64,000 nt of DNA from Balanoglossus misakiensis. Its lineage: Eukaryota > Animalia > Hemichordata. The stretch's first letter is position 1. Each line of letters begins with the position of its first letter. The stretch is from NCBI GenBank assembly GCA_040954595.2, contig CM082598.2:10245779-10309778 (forward strand), read 5' to 3'. Shown here piece by piece: positions 52,633-64,000 of the stretch. The position numbers were made by a program, and so were the translations under genes. The notes beneath the pieces are model-generated. The model worked only from the letters and a program-made list of their open reading frames with translations, was not told where the DNA came from and searched no databases.

Positions 52633-54513
52633 CCCTCATTAGGCGTAGAAACACTATTTAATCATTCTAAATCCTTTCTTCGAAAATATGATAAAAACAA
52701 CCATTTTAGGGCTCGAAAACTGTTCAATGATTCAAACTCAAAAACATCCTTATTTAGGCTTATAAACATTCTAAAATCCTTTTAAAATTTTTCTCTCGAT
52801 TTAAGGCTTATAAACACTTATTAATCAATCTAAAACATTTCTTTGGCACGAAAACTTTTCAATACGACATAAAATGATGCATGTTCCATAGTGCGTTTTT
52901 TATATTAAAAAAGACAATAAACATTTAAAATTTAAAAACACTCTAATTTAGGCATGAAACACTGAAAGATTATGTAAAATCGATTTTATATTAATTTGCG
53001 TATTTTGAAGTAAATTATTTATTAAGCGATTTTCTGCGAATACAAATCGATTTTAGGCTTAACAACACTTTGTTATAATTCTTTCTTTGAAAATATTATA
53101 AGGACACCAATTTTGGGGCTTGAAAACTGTTCAATACGATATTAAAATGATGTTTGTTCCATATCGAATGTTTATAATTAATAGCATTTTTAATTTAAAA
53201 GCACTCTACTTAATGCATAAAAATCGATGTTATAATGGTATTGCGTATCTTAAATAAAATTTATTTAATAAGCGTTTTCAATATGAATACACATCGATTT
53301 CAGGCTTAAACACTTTTTATAATCTATATTTATCTTTGATAATAATAATAAAACACCCATATTTTGGGCACGAAAACTGTTCATGACAATTTTTATATAA
53401 TATTCCTTTTTTCCCCACGAAAAATGTTTTATACGACATGAAGTCGATGTTACACTCCAATTGCGTATTTTGAATGTAAATGATTAAAAAAGCAATTGTA
53501 TTGTAAATGCTATCTGATTTAAATTTTTTGGACACTTTGAAATTGTTTTTTCCATATCTCATAATTTTCATAACATGATTAAACAAACTCAAAAACACCC
53601 TAGTTTATGCTTATTGACACTTCTAAAACCTTTTAAAATTTTTCTCTGAAAATACAAATTTTCATGATTTGGCTAAACAAGGTCTTTATTACGATAAAAA
53701 AAATCAATGTTTTATTCTCATTGAATGGTTTGAAATAAAATAATTTAATAATTGATAAATACACTGATTTAATGCTTTTTAATGCTTTTTATCATTCTAA
53801 AACATTTCTTTGAAAGTATTTCTCAAAACTATATTAAAAACGATTCAATTAGCATTACATTTTTAAAAACACACCTATTTGGGGCTAAAACACTGTTAGC
53901 TCATTATAAAATGCCTTTTTTAGAATTTTAATTAAAATGCATTTTTTTAGTATGGAAAGTGTTTTTTACGGTATATAATTGATGTTATAATAACATTGCC
54001 TATTTTAAATAAAAAGTGATTTAATAAGCGATCTTATATTAGAACACATCGATTTAAGGTTTAACACACTTTCTTTGATGATATTGATCATTATGAGACC
54101 TTTCATTGAAATTATATCTAAAACTCATTTTTTTAAGAAAAATGTTTAATTCGATGTAGAATTGATGTTATATTCACATTGCTTTTTTTGACCGAAAAAT
54201 GATTTAAGCAGCAATTCTTATAAAAATAGTCCCGACTATAGGCTATGAAACGCTTTTTAATATTTCTAAAACTATCATTAAAAGTATTACTAAAACCCAT
54301 TATTTTGGCGCGAAAACTGCTCAATTCAACATCAAAACGTTGTTTGTTCCTAATTGCACGTTAATATTAAAATCGATTCCATAAGCATTTAAACTTTACA
54401 AGCAATCTAATTTATCAATTAATGCAATGTTAGTTTATCATAAATACCCTTTTGAAAATAGTATATAAAATGCAATATTTTGGTCCGAAAAAATGTTTAA
54501 TACAGTATTAAAT
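52633..54513. repeat. Degenerate AT-rich satellite related to the 629-bp unit
   Basis: Recurring motifs are shared with the 629-bp unit (AAAAACACTCTAATT, ATCGATGTTATA, AATCATTCTAAA, CCATTTT..GG..CGAAAA), without an exact period. Confidence 0.75.
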
Positions 54514-57500
54514 CAACTCTTACCCTTGATCTTTGAATCCTAACCCTTCACCCTTGAAATCTAACATTTTAATCTTGAATTCTTACAGTTGAACCTTTGA
54601 CCCTTAAATTGTATTCCTTGACCCTTGAACGTTATCATTTGACCCATGAAATCTAATCTTTGGCCACTGATCCTTTGTCCTTTTATCCTTGACCATTGAC
54701 TTCTGAACCTATGTTCGGTTATCTCAAACTCTTGAACTCTAACCCTTGACCTTTGAACCATCAACTCTAACCTATGACATTTGACCCCTTGACTTTAACT
54801 CCAACTTTTGACTTTTGAACGTTAACCCTTGAACGTTGACCCTTGACCCCTTCATCTTTGATCTCCAAATCTTGAACTCTAACACTTGACATGAGACCCT
54901 TTGACCCCTTGATCCTTTATCTCCAACTCTTGAACTCTAACCCTTGACCTTTGAACCTTCTACTCTAACCCTTGACCTTTGACCCTTGACCTTTGACCCT
55001 TGAAATCTAACCTTTGACCCTTTGACCCCTTGATTCTTGATCTCAAACACTTGAACTCTAACCCTTGGCCTTTGACCCTAGACCCCTTGAACCTTGATCT
55101 CCAAATTTTGAACTCTAACCCTTGACCTTTGACCCTTGAACTATAACCTTTGACCCTTCAACTATATCACTTAAACTCTATTACTTGGCCACTGACTCTT
55201 GGTCCCTTGTCCCTTGACCCTTGCACCTTTGACCCTTGAAATGTAACCCTAACCCTTTGACCCTTGACCTTTGACCCTTGACCCTTTGACCCCTTGATCC
55301 TTGATCTCCAATTCTTGAACTCTAACCCTAGACTCTTGACCTCTTGACCTTAACTCCAACTTTTGACTTTTGAAATCTAACCCTTGACCTTTGACCCTTG
55401 ACCTTTGACCCTAGAAATCTAACCTTTGACCCTTGACACTTTGACAGCTTGATCCTAGATCTCCAACTCTTGAACTCTAACCCTTGACCTTTGAACCTTC
55501 AACTCTAACCCTTGACCTTTGAACCTTCAACTCTAACCCTTGACTCTTGACCTCTTGACGTAAACTCCAACTTTTGACGTTTGACGTCTAACCCTTGACC
55601 TTTGACCCTTGAAATCTAACCTTTGACCCTTTGACCCATTGACCCTTGATCTCCAACTCTTGAACTCTAACCCTTGACCTTTGAACCTTCAACTCCAACC
55701 CTTGACCCATGACCTCTTGACCTTAACTCCAACCTTTGACTTTTTAACTCTAACCATTGACCTTTGATTCTTGACCTATGACCCTTGAAATCTAACATTT
55801 GACCCTTGACCCTTTGACCCCTTGATCCTTGATCTCAAACTCTTGAACTCTAAGCCTTGACCTTTGAACCTTCAACCCTAACCCTTGACCCTTAACCTCT
55901 TGACCTTAACTCCAACCTTTGACTTTTGAACTCTAACCGTTGACCTTTGACCCTTGAACTATAACCTTTTACCCTTGAACTATATCACTTAAACTCTCAT
56001 TCTTGGCCACTGACTCTTTGACCCTTGACCCTTGACCTTTGACCCTTGAAATGTAACCTTTGACCTTTGACCCCTTGATCCTTGATCTCCAACTCTTGAA
56101 CTCTAACCCTTGACCTTTGAACCTTAAACTCTAACCCTTGACCCTTTGACCCATGACCTCTGACCATTGAAATGTAACCTTTGACCTTTGACCCCTTGAT
56201 CCTTGATCTCCAACCTTTGAACTCTAACCCTTGACCCTTGACCTCTTGACCTTAACTCCAACTTCTGACTTTTGCAACCTAACCCTTGACCTTTGACCCA
56301 TGACCTTTGACCATTGAAATGTAACCTTTGACCTTTGACCCCTTGATCCTTGATCTCCAACTCGTGAACTCTAACCCTTGACCCTTGACATCTTGACCTT
56401 AACTCCAACTTTTGACTTTTGAACTCTAATCCTTGACCTTTGACCCTTGACCCCTTGAACCTTGATCTCCAAATCTTGAACTCTAACCCTTGACCTTTGA
56501 ACCTTCAAATCTAACCCTTGACCTTTAACCCTTGACCTTTGACCCTTGATCCTTGATCTCCAATTCTTGAACTCTAACCCTTGACTCTTGACCTCTTGAC
56601 CTTAACTCCAACTTTTGACTTTTGAAATCTAACCCTTGACCTTTGACCCTTGACATTTGACCCTTGAAATCTAACCTTTGACCCATGACCCTTTGACCCC
56701 ATGATCCTTGATCTCCAACTCTTGAACTCTAATCCTTGACCTTTGAATTTTCAACTCAAACCCTTGACCCTTGAACTCTTGACCTTAACTCCAACTTTTG
56801 ACTTTTGAACTCTAACCAATGACCCTTGACCTTTGACCATTGAAATCTAACCTTTGACCCATGACCCTTTGACCCCTTGATCCTTGATCTCCAATTCTTG
56901 AACTCTAACCCTTGACTCTTGACCTCTTGACCTTAACTCCAACTTTTGACTTTTGAACTCTAACTGTTGACCTTTGACGCTTGAACTATTACCTTTGACC
57001 CTTGAACTATATCACTTAAACTCTATTACTTGGGCACAGACTCTTGGTCCCTTGTCCCTTGACCCTTGCAACTTTGACCCATGAAATGTAACCCTAACCC
57101 TTTGACCCTTGACCTTTGACCCTTGAAATCTAACCTTTGACCCTTGACCCTTTGACCCCTTGATCCTTGATCTCCAATTCTTGAACTCTAACCCTTGACT
57201 CTTGACCTCTTGACCTTAACTCCAACTTTTGACTTTTGAACTCTAACCCTTGACCTTTGACCCTTGACCCTTGAAATCTAACCTTTGACCCATGACCCTT
57301 TGACCCCATGTTCCTTGATCTCCAACTCTTGAACTCTAATCCTTGACCTTTGAACCTTCAACTCAAACATTTGACCCTTGACCTCTTGACCTTAACTCCA
57401 ACTTTTGACTTTTGAACTTTAACCCTTGACCTTTGACCCTTGACCTTTGACCTTTGAAATCTAACCTTTGACCCTTGACCCTTTGACCCCTCGATCCTTG

Positions 57501-59821
57501 ATCTCCAATTCTTGAACTTTAACCCTTGACTCTTGACCTCTTGACCTTAACTCCAACCTTTGACTTTTGAAATCTAACCCTTGACCTTTGACCCTTGACC
57601 TTTGACCCTTGAAATCTAACCTTTGACCCTTGACACTTTGACCGCTTGATCCTAGATCTCCAACTCTTGAACTCTAACCCTTGACCTTTGAACCTTCAAC
57701 TCTAACCCTTGACCCTTGAACCTTCAACTCTAACCCTATACTCTTGACTTCTTGACCTAATCTCCAAATTTTGACGTTTGACATCTAACCCTTGACCTTT
57801 GACCCTAGACCTTTGACCCTTGAAATCTAACCTTTGACCCTTTGACCCCTTGATCCTTGATCTCCAACTCTTGAACTCTAACCCTTGACCTGTGAACCTT
57901 CAACTCTAACCCTTGACCCTTGACCTCTTGACCTTAACTCCAACTTTTGACTTTTTAACTCTAACCATTGACCTTTGATCCTTGACCTTCGGCCTTTGAA
58001 ATCTAACATTTGACCCTTGACCCTTTGATCCCTTGATCCTTGATCTCAAACTCTTGAACTCTAAGCCTTGACCTTTGAACCTTCAACCCTAACCCTTGAC
58101 CCTTGACCTCTTGACCTTAACTCCAACCTTTGACTTTTGAACTCTAACCGTTGACCTTTGACCCTTGAACTATAACCTCTTCCCTCTTGGCCACTGACTC
58201 TTGGTCACTTGACCCTTGACCTTTGACCCTCGACCCTTGCAACTTTGACCTTTGAAATCTAACCTTTGACCCCTTGATCCTTTGACCCCTTGATCCTGGA
58301 TCTCCAACTCTTGAAATCTAACCCTTGACCTTTGACCCTTGACCTTTGACTCTTGAAATGTAACCTTTGACCATTGACCCCTTGATCCCTGATCCCCCAA
58401 CTCTTGAACTCTAACCCTTGACCTTTGAACCTTCAACTCTAACCCTTGACCTTTGACCCATGACCTTTGACCATTGAAATGTAACCTTTGACCTTAAACC
58501 CCTTGATCCTTGATCTCCAACTCTTGAACTCTAACCCTTGACCCTTGACCTCTTGACCTTAACTCCAACTTCTGGCTTTTGAAACCTAACCCTTGACCTT
58601 TGACCCATGACCTTTGACCATTGAGATGTAACCTTTGACCTTTGACCCCTTGATCCTTGATCTCCAACTCTTGAACTCTAACCCTTGACCTCTTGACCTC
58701 AACTCCAACTGTTGACTTTTGAAATCTCACCCTTGACCTTTGACCCTTGACCCCTTGAACCTTGATCTCCAAATCTTGAACTCTAACCCTTGACCTTTGA
58801 ACCTTCAACTCCAACCACTAACCTTTGACCCTTGACCCTTTGACCCCTTGATCCTTGATCTCCAATTCTTGAACTCTAACCCTTGACTCTTGACCTCTTG
58901 ACCTTAACTCCAACTTTTGACTTTTGAAATCTAACCCTTGACCTTTGACCCTTGACCATTGACCCTTGAAATCTAACCTTTCACCCATGACCCTTTGACC
59001 CCATGATCGTTGATCTCCAACTCTTGAACTCTAATCCTTGACCTTTGAACCTTCAACTCAAACCCTTGACCCTTGACCTCTTGACCTTAACTCCAACTTT
59101 TGAATTTTGAACTCTAACCCTTGACCTTTGACCCTTGACCATTGAAATCTAACCTTTGACCCTTGACCCTTTGACCCCTTGATCCTTGATCTCCATTTCT
59201 TGAACTCTAACCCTTGACTCTTGACCTCTTGACCTTAACTCCAACTCTTGACCTTTGACCCTTGACCTTTGACCCCTGAAATCTAACCTTTGACCCTTGA
59301 CACTTTGACCGCTTGATCCTAGATCTCCAACTCTTGAACTTTAACCCTTGACCTTTGAACCTTCAACTCTAACCCTTGACCTTTGAACCTTCAACTCTAA
59401 CCCTTGACTCTTGACCTCTTGACCTAAACTCCAACTTTTGACGTTTGACGTCTAACCCTTGACCTTTGACCCTTGACCTTTGACCCTTGAAATCTAACCT
59501 TTGACCCTTTGACCCCTTGACCTTTGATCTCCAACTCTTGAACTCTAACCCTTGACATTTGAACCTTCAACTCTAACCCTTGACCCTTGACCTCTTGACC
59601 TTAACTCCTACCTTTGACTTTTTAACTCTAACCATTGACCTTTGATCCTTGACCTATGACCCTTGAAATCTAACATTTGACCTTTGACCCTTTGACCCCT
59701 TGATCCTTGATCTCAAACTCTTGAAATCTAACCCTTAACCTTTTACCCTTTACCTTTGACCCTTGAAATGTAACCTTTGACCTTTGACCCCTTGATCCTT
59801 GATCTCCAACTCTTGAACTCT
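54514..59821 (-). repeat. Telomere-like degenerate satellite, G-rich on the minus strand (TCAAGGG, TCAAAGG, GGGTTAGAG)
   Basis: The plus strand is a mosaic of CCCTTGA, CCTTTGA, CTCTAACCCT and GATCTCCAACT, with occasional exact CCCTAA. Confidence 0.93.
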
Positions 59822-59822
59822 C

Positions 59823-59987
59823 TTGGGTTAGGGGTTAGGGGTTAGGGGTTAGGGGTTAGGGGTTAGGGGTTAGGGTTAGGGTTAGGGTTAGGGTTAGGGG
59901 TTAGGGGTTAGGGGTTAGGGGTTAGGGGTTAGGGGTTAGGGTTAGGGTTAGGGTTAGGGTTAGGGGTTAGGGGTTAGGGGTTAGGGG
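59823..59987 (+). repeat. Proximal telomere variant repeats: TTGGG (TTAGGGG)6 (TTAGGG)4 (TTAGGGG)6 (TTAGGG)4 (TTAGGGG)4
   Basis: Counted directly from 59821-60000. Confidence 0.92.
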
Positions 59988-62900
59988 TTAGGGTTAGGGT
60001 TAGGGTTAGGGTTAGGGTTAGGGTTAGGGTTAGGGTTAGGGTTAGGGTTAGGGTTAGGGTTAGGGTTAGGGTTAGGGTTAGGGTTAGGGTTAGGGTTAGG
60101 GTTAGGGTTAGGGTTAGGGTTAGGGTTAGGGTTAGGGTTAGGGTTAGGGTTAGGGTTAGGGTTAGGGTTAGGGTTAGGGTTAGGGTTAGGGTTAGGGTTA
60201 GGGTTAGGGTTAGGGTTAGGGTTAGGGTTAGGGTTAGGGTTAGGGTTAGGGTTAGGGTTAGGGTTAGGGTTAGGGTTAGGGTTAGGGTTAGGGTTAGGGT
60301 TAGGGTTAGGGTTAGGGTTAGGGTTAGGGTTAGGGTTAGGGTTAGGGTTAGGGTTAGGGTTAGGGTTAGGGTTAGGGTTAGGGTTAGGGTTAGGGTTAGG
60401 GTTAGGGTTAGGGTTAGGGTTAGGGTTAGGGTTAGGGTTAGGGTTAGGGTTAGGGTTAGGGTTAGGGTTAGGGTTAGGGTTAGGGTTAGGGTTAGGGTTA
60501 GGGTTAGGGTTAGGGTTAGGGTTAGGGTTAGGGTTAGGGTTAGGGTTAGGGTTAGGGTTAGGGTTAGGGTTAGGGTTAGGGTTAGGGTTAGGGTTAGGGT
60601 TAGGGTTAGGGTTAGGGTTAGGGTTAGGGTTAGGGTTAGGGTTAGGGTTAGGGTTAGGGTTAGGGTTAGGGTTAGGGTTAGGGTTAGGGTTAGGGTTAGG
60701 GTTAGGGTTAGGGTTAGGGTTAGGGTTAGGGTTAGGGTTAGGGTTAGGGTTAGGGTTAGGGTTAGGGTTAGGGTTAGGGTTAGGGTTAGGGTTAGGGTTA
60801 GGGTTAGGGTTAGGGTTAGGGTTAGGGTTAGGGTTAGGGTTAGGGTTAGGGTTAGGGTTAGGGTTAGGGTTAGGGTTAGGGTTAGGGTTAGGGTTAGGGT
60901 TAGGGTTAGGGTTAGGGTTAGGGTTAGGGTTAGGGTTAGGGTTAGGGTTAGGGTTAGGGTTAGGGTTAGGGTTAGGGTTAGGGTTAGGGTTAGGGTTAGG
61001 GTTAGGGTTAGGGTTAGGGTTAGGGTTAGGGTTAGGGTTAGGGTTAGGGTTAGGGTTAGGGTTAGGGTTAGGGTTAGGGTTAGGGTTAGGGTTAGGGTTA
61101 GGGTTAGGGTTAGGGTTAGGGTTAGGGTTAGGGTTAGGGTTAGGGTTAGGGTTAGGGTTAGGGTTAGGGTTAGGGTTAGGGTTAGGGTTAGGGTTAGGGT
61201 TAGGGTTAGGGTTAGGGTTAGGGTTAGGGTTAGGGTTAGGGTTAGGGTTAGGGTTAGGGTTAGGGTTAGGGTTAGGGTTAGGGTTAGGGTTAGGGTTAGG
61301 GTTAGGGTTAGGGTTAGGGTTAGGGTTAGGGTTAGGGTTAGGGTTAGGGTTAGGGTTAGGGTTAGGGTTAGGGTTAGGGTTAGGGTTAGGGTTAGGGTTA
61401 GGGTTAGGGTTAGGGTTAGGGTTAGGGTTAGGGTTAGGGTTAGGGTTAGGGTTAGGGTTAGGGTTAGGGTTAGGGTTAGGGTTAGGGTTAGGGTTAGGGT
61501 TAGGGTTAGGGTTAGGGTTAGGGTTAGGGTTAGGGTTAGGGTTAGGGTTAGGGTTAGGGTTAGGGTTAGGGTTAGGGTTAGGGTTAGGGTTAGGGTTAGG
61601 GTTAGGGTTAGGGTTAGGGTTAGGGTTAGGGTTAGGGTTAGGGTTAGGGTTAGGGTTAGGGTTAGGGTTAGGGTTAGGGTTAGGGTTAGGGTTAGGGTTA
61701 GGGTTAGGGTTAGGGTTAGGGTTAGGGTTAGGGTTAGGGTTAGGGTTAGGGTTAGGGTTAGGGTTAGGGTTAGGGTTAGGGTTAGGGTTAGGGTTAGGGT
61801 TAGGGTTAGGGTTAGGGTTAGGGTTAGGGTTAGGGTTAGGGTTAGGGTTAGGGTTAGGGTTAGGGTTAGGGTTAGGGTTAGGGTTAGGGTTAGGGTTAGG
61901 GTTAGGGTTAGGGTTAGGGTTAGGGTTAGGGTTAGGGTTAGGGTTAGGGTTAGGGTTAGGGTTAGGGTTAGGGTTAGGGTTAGGGTTAGGGTTAGGGTTA
62001 GGGTTAGGGTTAGGGTTAGGGTTAGGGTTAGGGTTAGGGTTAGGGTTAGGGTTAGGGTTAGGGTTAGGGTTAGGGTTAGGGTTAGGGTTAGGGTTAGGGT
62101 TAGGGTTAGGGTTAGGGTTAGGGTTAGGGTTAGGGTTAGGGTTAGGGTTAGGGTTAGGGTTAGGGTTAGGGTTAGGGTTAGGGTTAGGGTTAGGGTTAGG
62201 GTTAGGGTTAGGGTTAGGGTTAGGGTTAGGGTTAGGGTTAGGGTTAGGGTTAGGGTTAGGGTTAGGGTTAGGGTTAGGGTTAGGGTTAGGGTTAGGGTTA
62301 GGGTTAGGGTTAGGGTTAGGGTTAGGGTTAGGGTTAGGGTTAGGGTTAGGGTTAGGGTTAGGGTTAGGGTTAGGGTTAGGGTTAGGGTTAGGGTTAGGGT
62401 TAGGGTTAGGGTTAGGGTTAGGGTTAGGGTTAGGGTTAGGGTTAGGGTTAGGGTTAGGGTTAGGGTTAGGGTTAGGGTTAGGGTTAGGGTTAGGGTTAGG
62501 GTTAGGGTTAGGGTTAGGGTTAGGGTTAGGGTTAGGGTTAGGGTTAGGGTTAGGGTTAGGGTTAGGGTTAGGGTTAGGGTTAGGGTTAGGGTTAGGGTTA
62601 GGGTTAGGGTTAGGGTTAGGGTTAGGGTTAGGGTTAGGGTTAGGGTTAGGGTTAGGGTTAGGGTTAGGGTTAGGGTTAGGGTTAGGGTTAGGGTTAGGGT
62701 TAGGGTTAGGGTTAGGGTTAGGGTTAGGGTTAGGGTTAGGGTTAGGGTTAGGGTTAGGGTTAGGGTTAGGGTTAGGGTTAGGGTTAGGGTTAGGGTTAGG
62801 GTTAGGGTTAGGGTTAGGGTTAGGGTTAGGGTTAGGGTTAGGGTTAGGGTTAGGGTTAGGGTTAGGGTTAGGGTTAGGGTTAGGGTTAGGGTTAGGGTTA

Positions 62901-64000
62901 GGGTTAGGGTTAGGGTTAGGGTTAGGGTTAGGGTTAGGGTTAGGGTTAGGGTTAGGGTTAGGGTTAGGGTTAGGGTTAGGGTTAGGGTTAGGGTTAGGGT
63001 TAGGGTTAGGGTTAGGGTTAGGGTTAGGGTTAGGGTTAGGGTTAGGGTTAGGGTTAGGGTTAGGGTTAGGGTTAGGGTTAGGGTTAGGGTTAGGGTTAGG
63101 GTTAGGGTTAGGGTTAGGGTTAGGGTTAGGGTTAGGGTTAGGGTTAGGGTTAGGGTTAGGGTTAGGGTTAGGGTTAGGGTTAGGGTTAGGGTTAGGGTTA
63201 GGGTTAGGGTTAGGGTTAGGGTTAGGGTTAGGGTTAGGGTTAGGGTTAGGGTTAGGGTTAGGGTTAGGGTTAGGGTTAGGGTTAGGGTTAGGGTTAGGGT
63301 TAGGGTTAGGGTTAGGGTGTTAGGGTTAGGGTTAGGGTTAGGGTTAGGGTTAGGGTTAGGGTTAGGGTTAGGGTTAGGGTTAGGGTTAGGGTTAGGGTTA
63401 GGGTTGGGTTAGGGTTAGGGTTAGGGTTAGGGTTAGGGTTAGGGTTAGGGTTAGGGTTAGGGTTAGGGTTAGGGTTAGGGTTAGGGTTAGGGTTAGGGTT
63501 AGGGTTAGGGTTAGGGTTAGGGTTAGGGTTAGGGGTAGGGTTAGGGTTAGGGTTAGGGTTAGGGTTAGGGTAGGGTTAGGGTTAGGGTTAGGGTTAGGGT
63601 TAGGTTAGGGTTAGGGTTAGGGTTAGGGTTAGGGTTAGGGTTAGGGTTAGGGTTAGGGTTAGGGTTAGGGTTAGGGTTAGGGTTGGTTAGGGTTAGGGTT
63701 AGGGTTAGGGTTAGGGTTAGGGTTAGGGTTAGGGTTAGGGTTGGGTTAGGGTTAGGGTTAGGGTGGGTAGGGTTAGGGTAGGGTTAGGGTTAGGGGGGGG
63801 GTAGGGTTAGGTAGGGTTAGGTTAGGTAGGGTTAGGGTTAGGGTTAGGGTTAGGGTTAGGGTTAGGGTTAGGGTTAGGGTTAGGGTTAGGGTAGGGTTAG
63901 GGTTAGGGTTAGGGTAGTTGTGGGGAGGGTTAGGAAGTTAGCGGTTAGGGTAGGGGTTAGGGGTTAGGATACAGGGTTAGGGTTAGGGTTACGGGGTTAG
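59988..64000 (+). repeat. Terminal telomere (TTAGGG)n, ~4 kb
   Basis: Pure TTAGGG to ~63318, then increasing irregularities up to the sequence end. The G-strand runs 5'->3' towards the end, as expected for a chromosome end. Confidence 0.99.

Noticed and set aside
47373-58814. ORFs in the AT-rich and telomere-like satellites (e.g. QGSRVRVQELEIKDQG repeats)
   Set aside because: These are low-complexity translations of tandem repeats with no gene structure.
54514-60000. Telomere-telomere fusion site or telomeric retroelement (Athena/TRAS/SART-like)
   Set aside because: The repeat order is opposite to a fusion signature, and there is no reverse transcriptase, endonuclease ORF or poly(A) end in the window.
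63319-64000. Variant telomere repeats at the distal end
   Set aside because: The irregularities increase towards the sequence end without pattern, consistent with low-coverage read or consensus error.
1-64000. CRISPR array or prokaryotic system
   Set aside because: There is no repeat-unique-spacer structure or cas gene. Spliceosomal introns and a TTAGGG telomere indicate a eukaryotic chromosome end.

Overview
This window is a eukaryotic (metazoan-type, TTAGGG) chromosome end with no intact protein-coding gene. From proximal to distal it holds: (1) a ~47 kb tandem macrosatellite (1-46878, running off the left edge) with a 2820-bp basic unit; (2) a ~320 bp single-copy spacer; (3) an AT-rich ~629-bp satellite (47202-52632) grading into a degenerate relative (to ~54513); (4) 5.3 kb of telomere-like C-rich repeats in the opposite polarity to the telomere; (5) the terminal (TTAGGG)n tract, whose base has a 66-bp TTAGGGG/TTAGGG periodicity. 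Each macrosatellite unit carries six GT-AG-bounded exons that, spliced by eye, match the C-terminal part of Integrator subunit 1 (INTS1). All copies share stops or frameshifts. A divergent core of the array carries a 985-bp TTAA-flanked, Kolobok-like non-autonomous transposon, and empty sites are visible in sister units. The INTS1 call rests on my recollection of the human protein, not a database search. The organism cannot be determined from the sequence.
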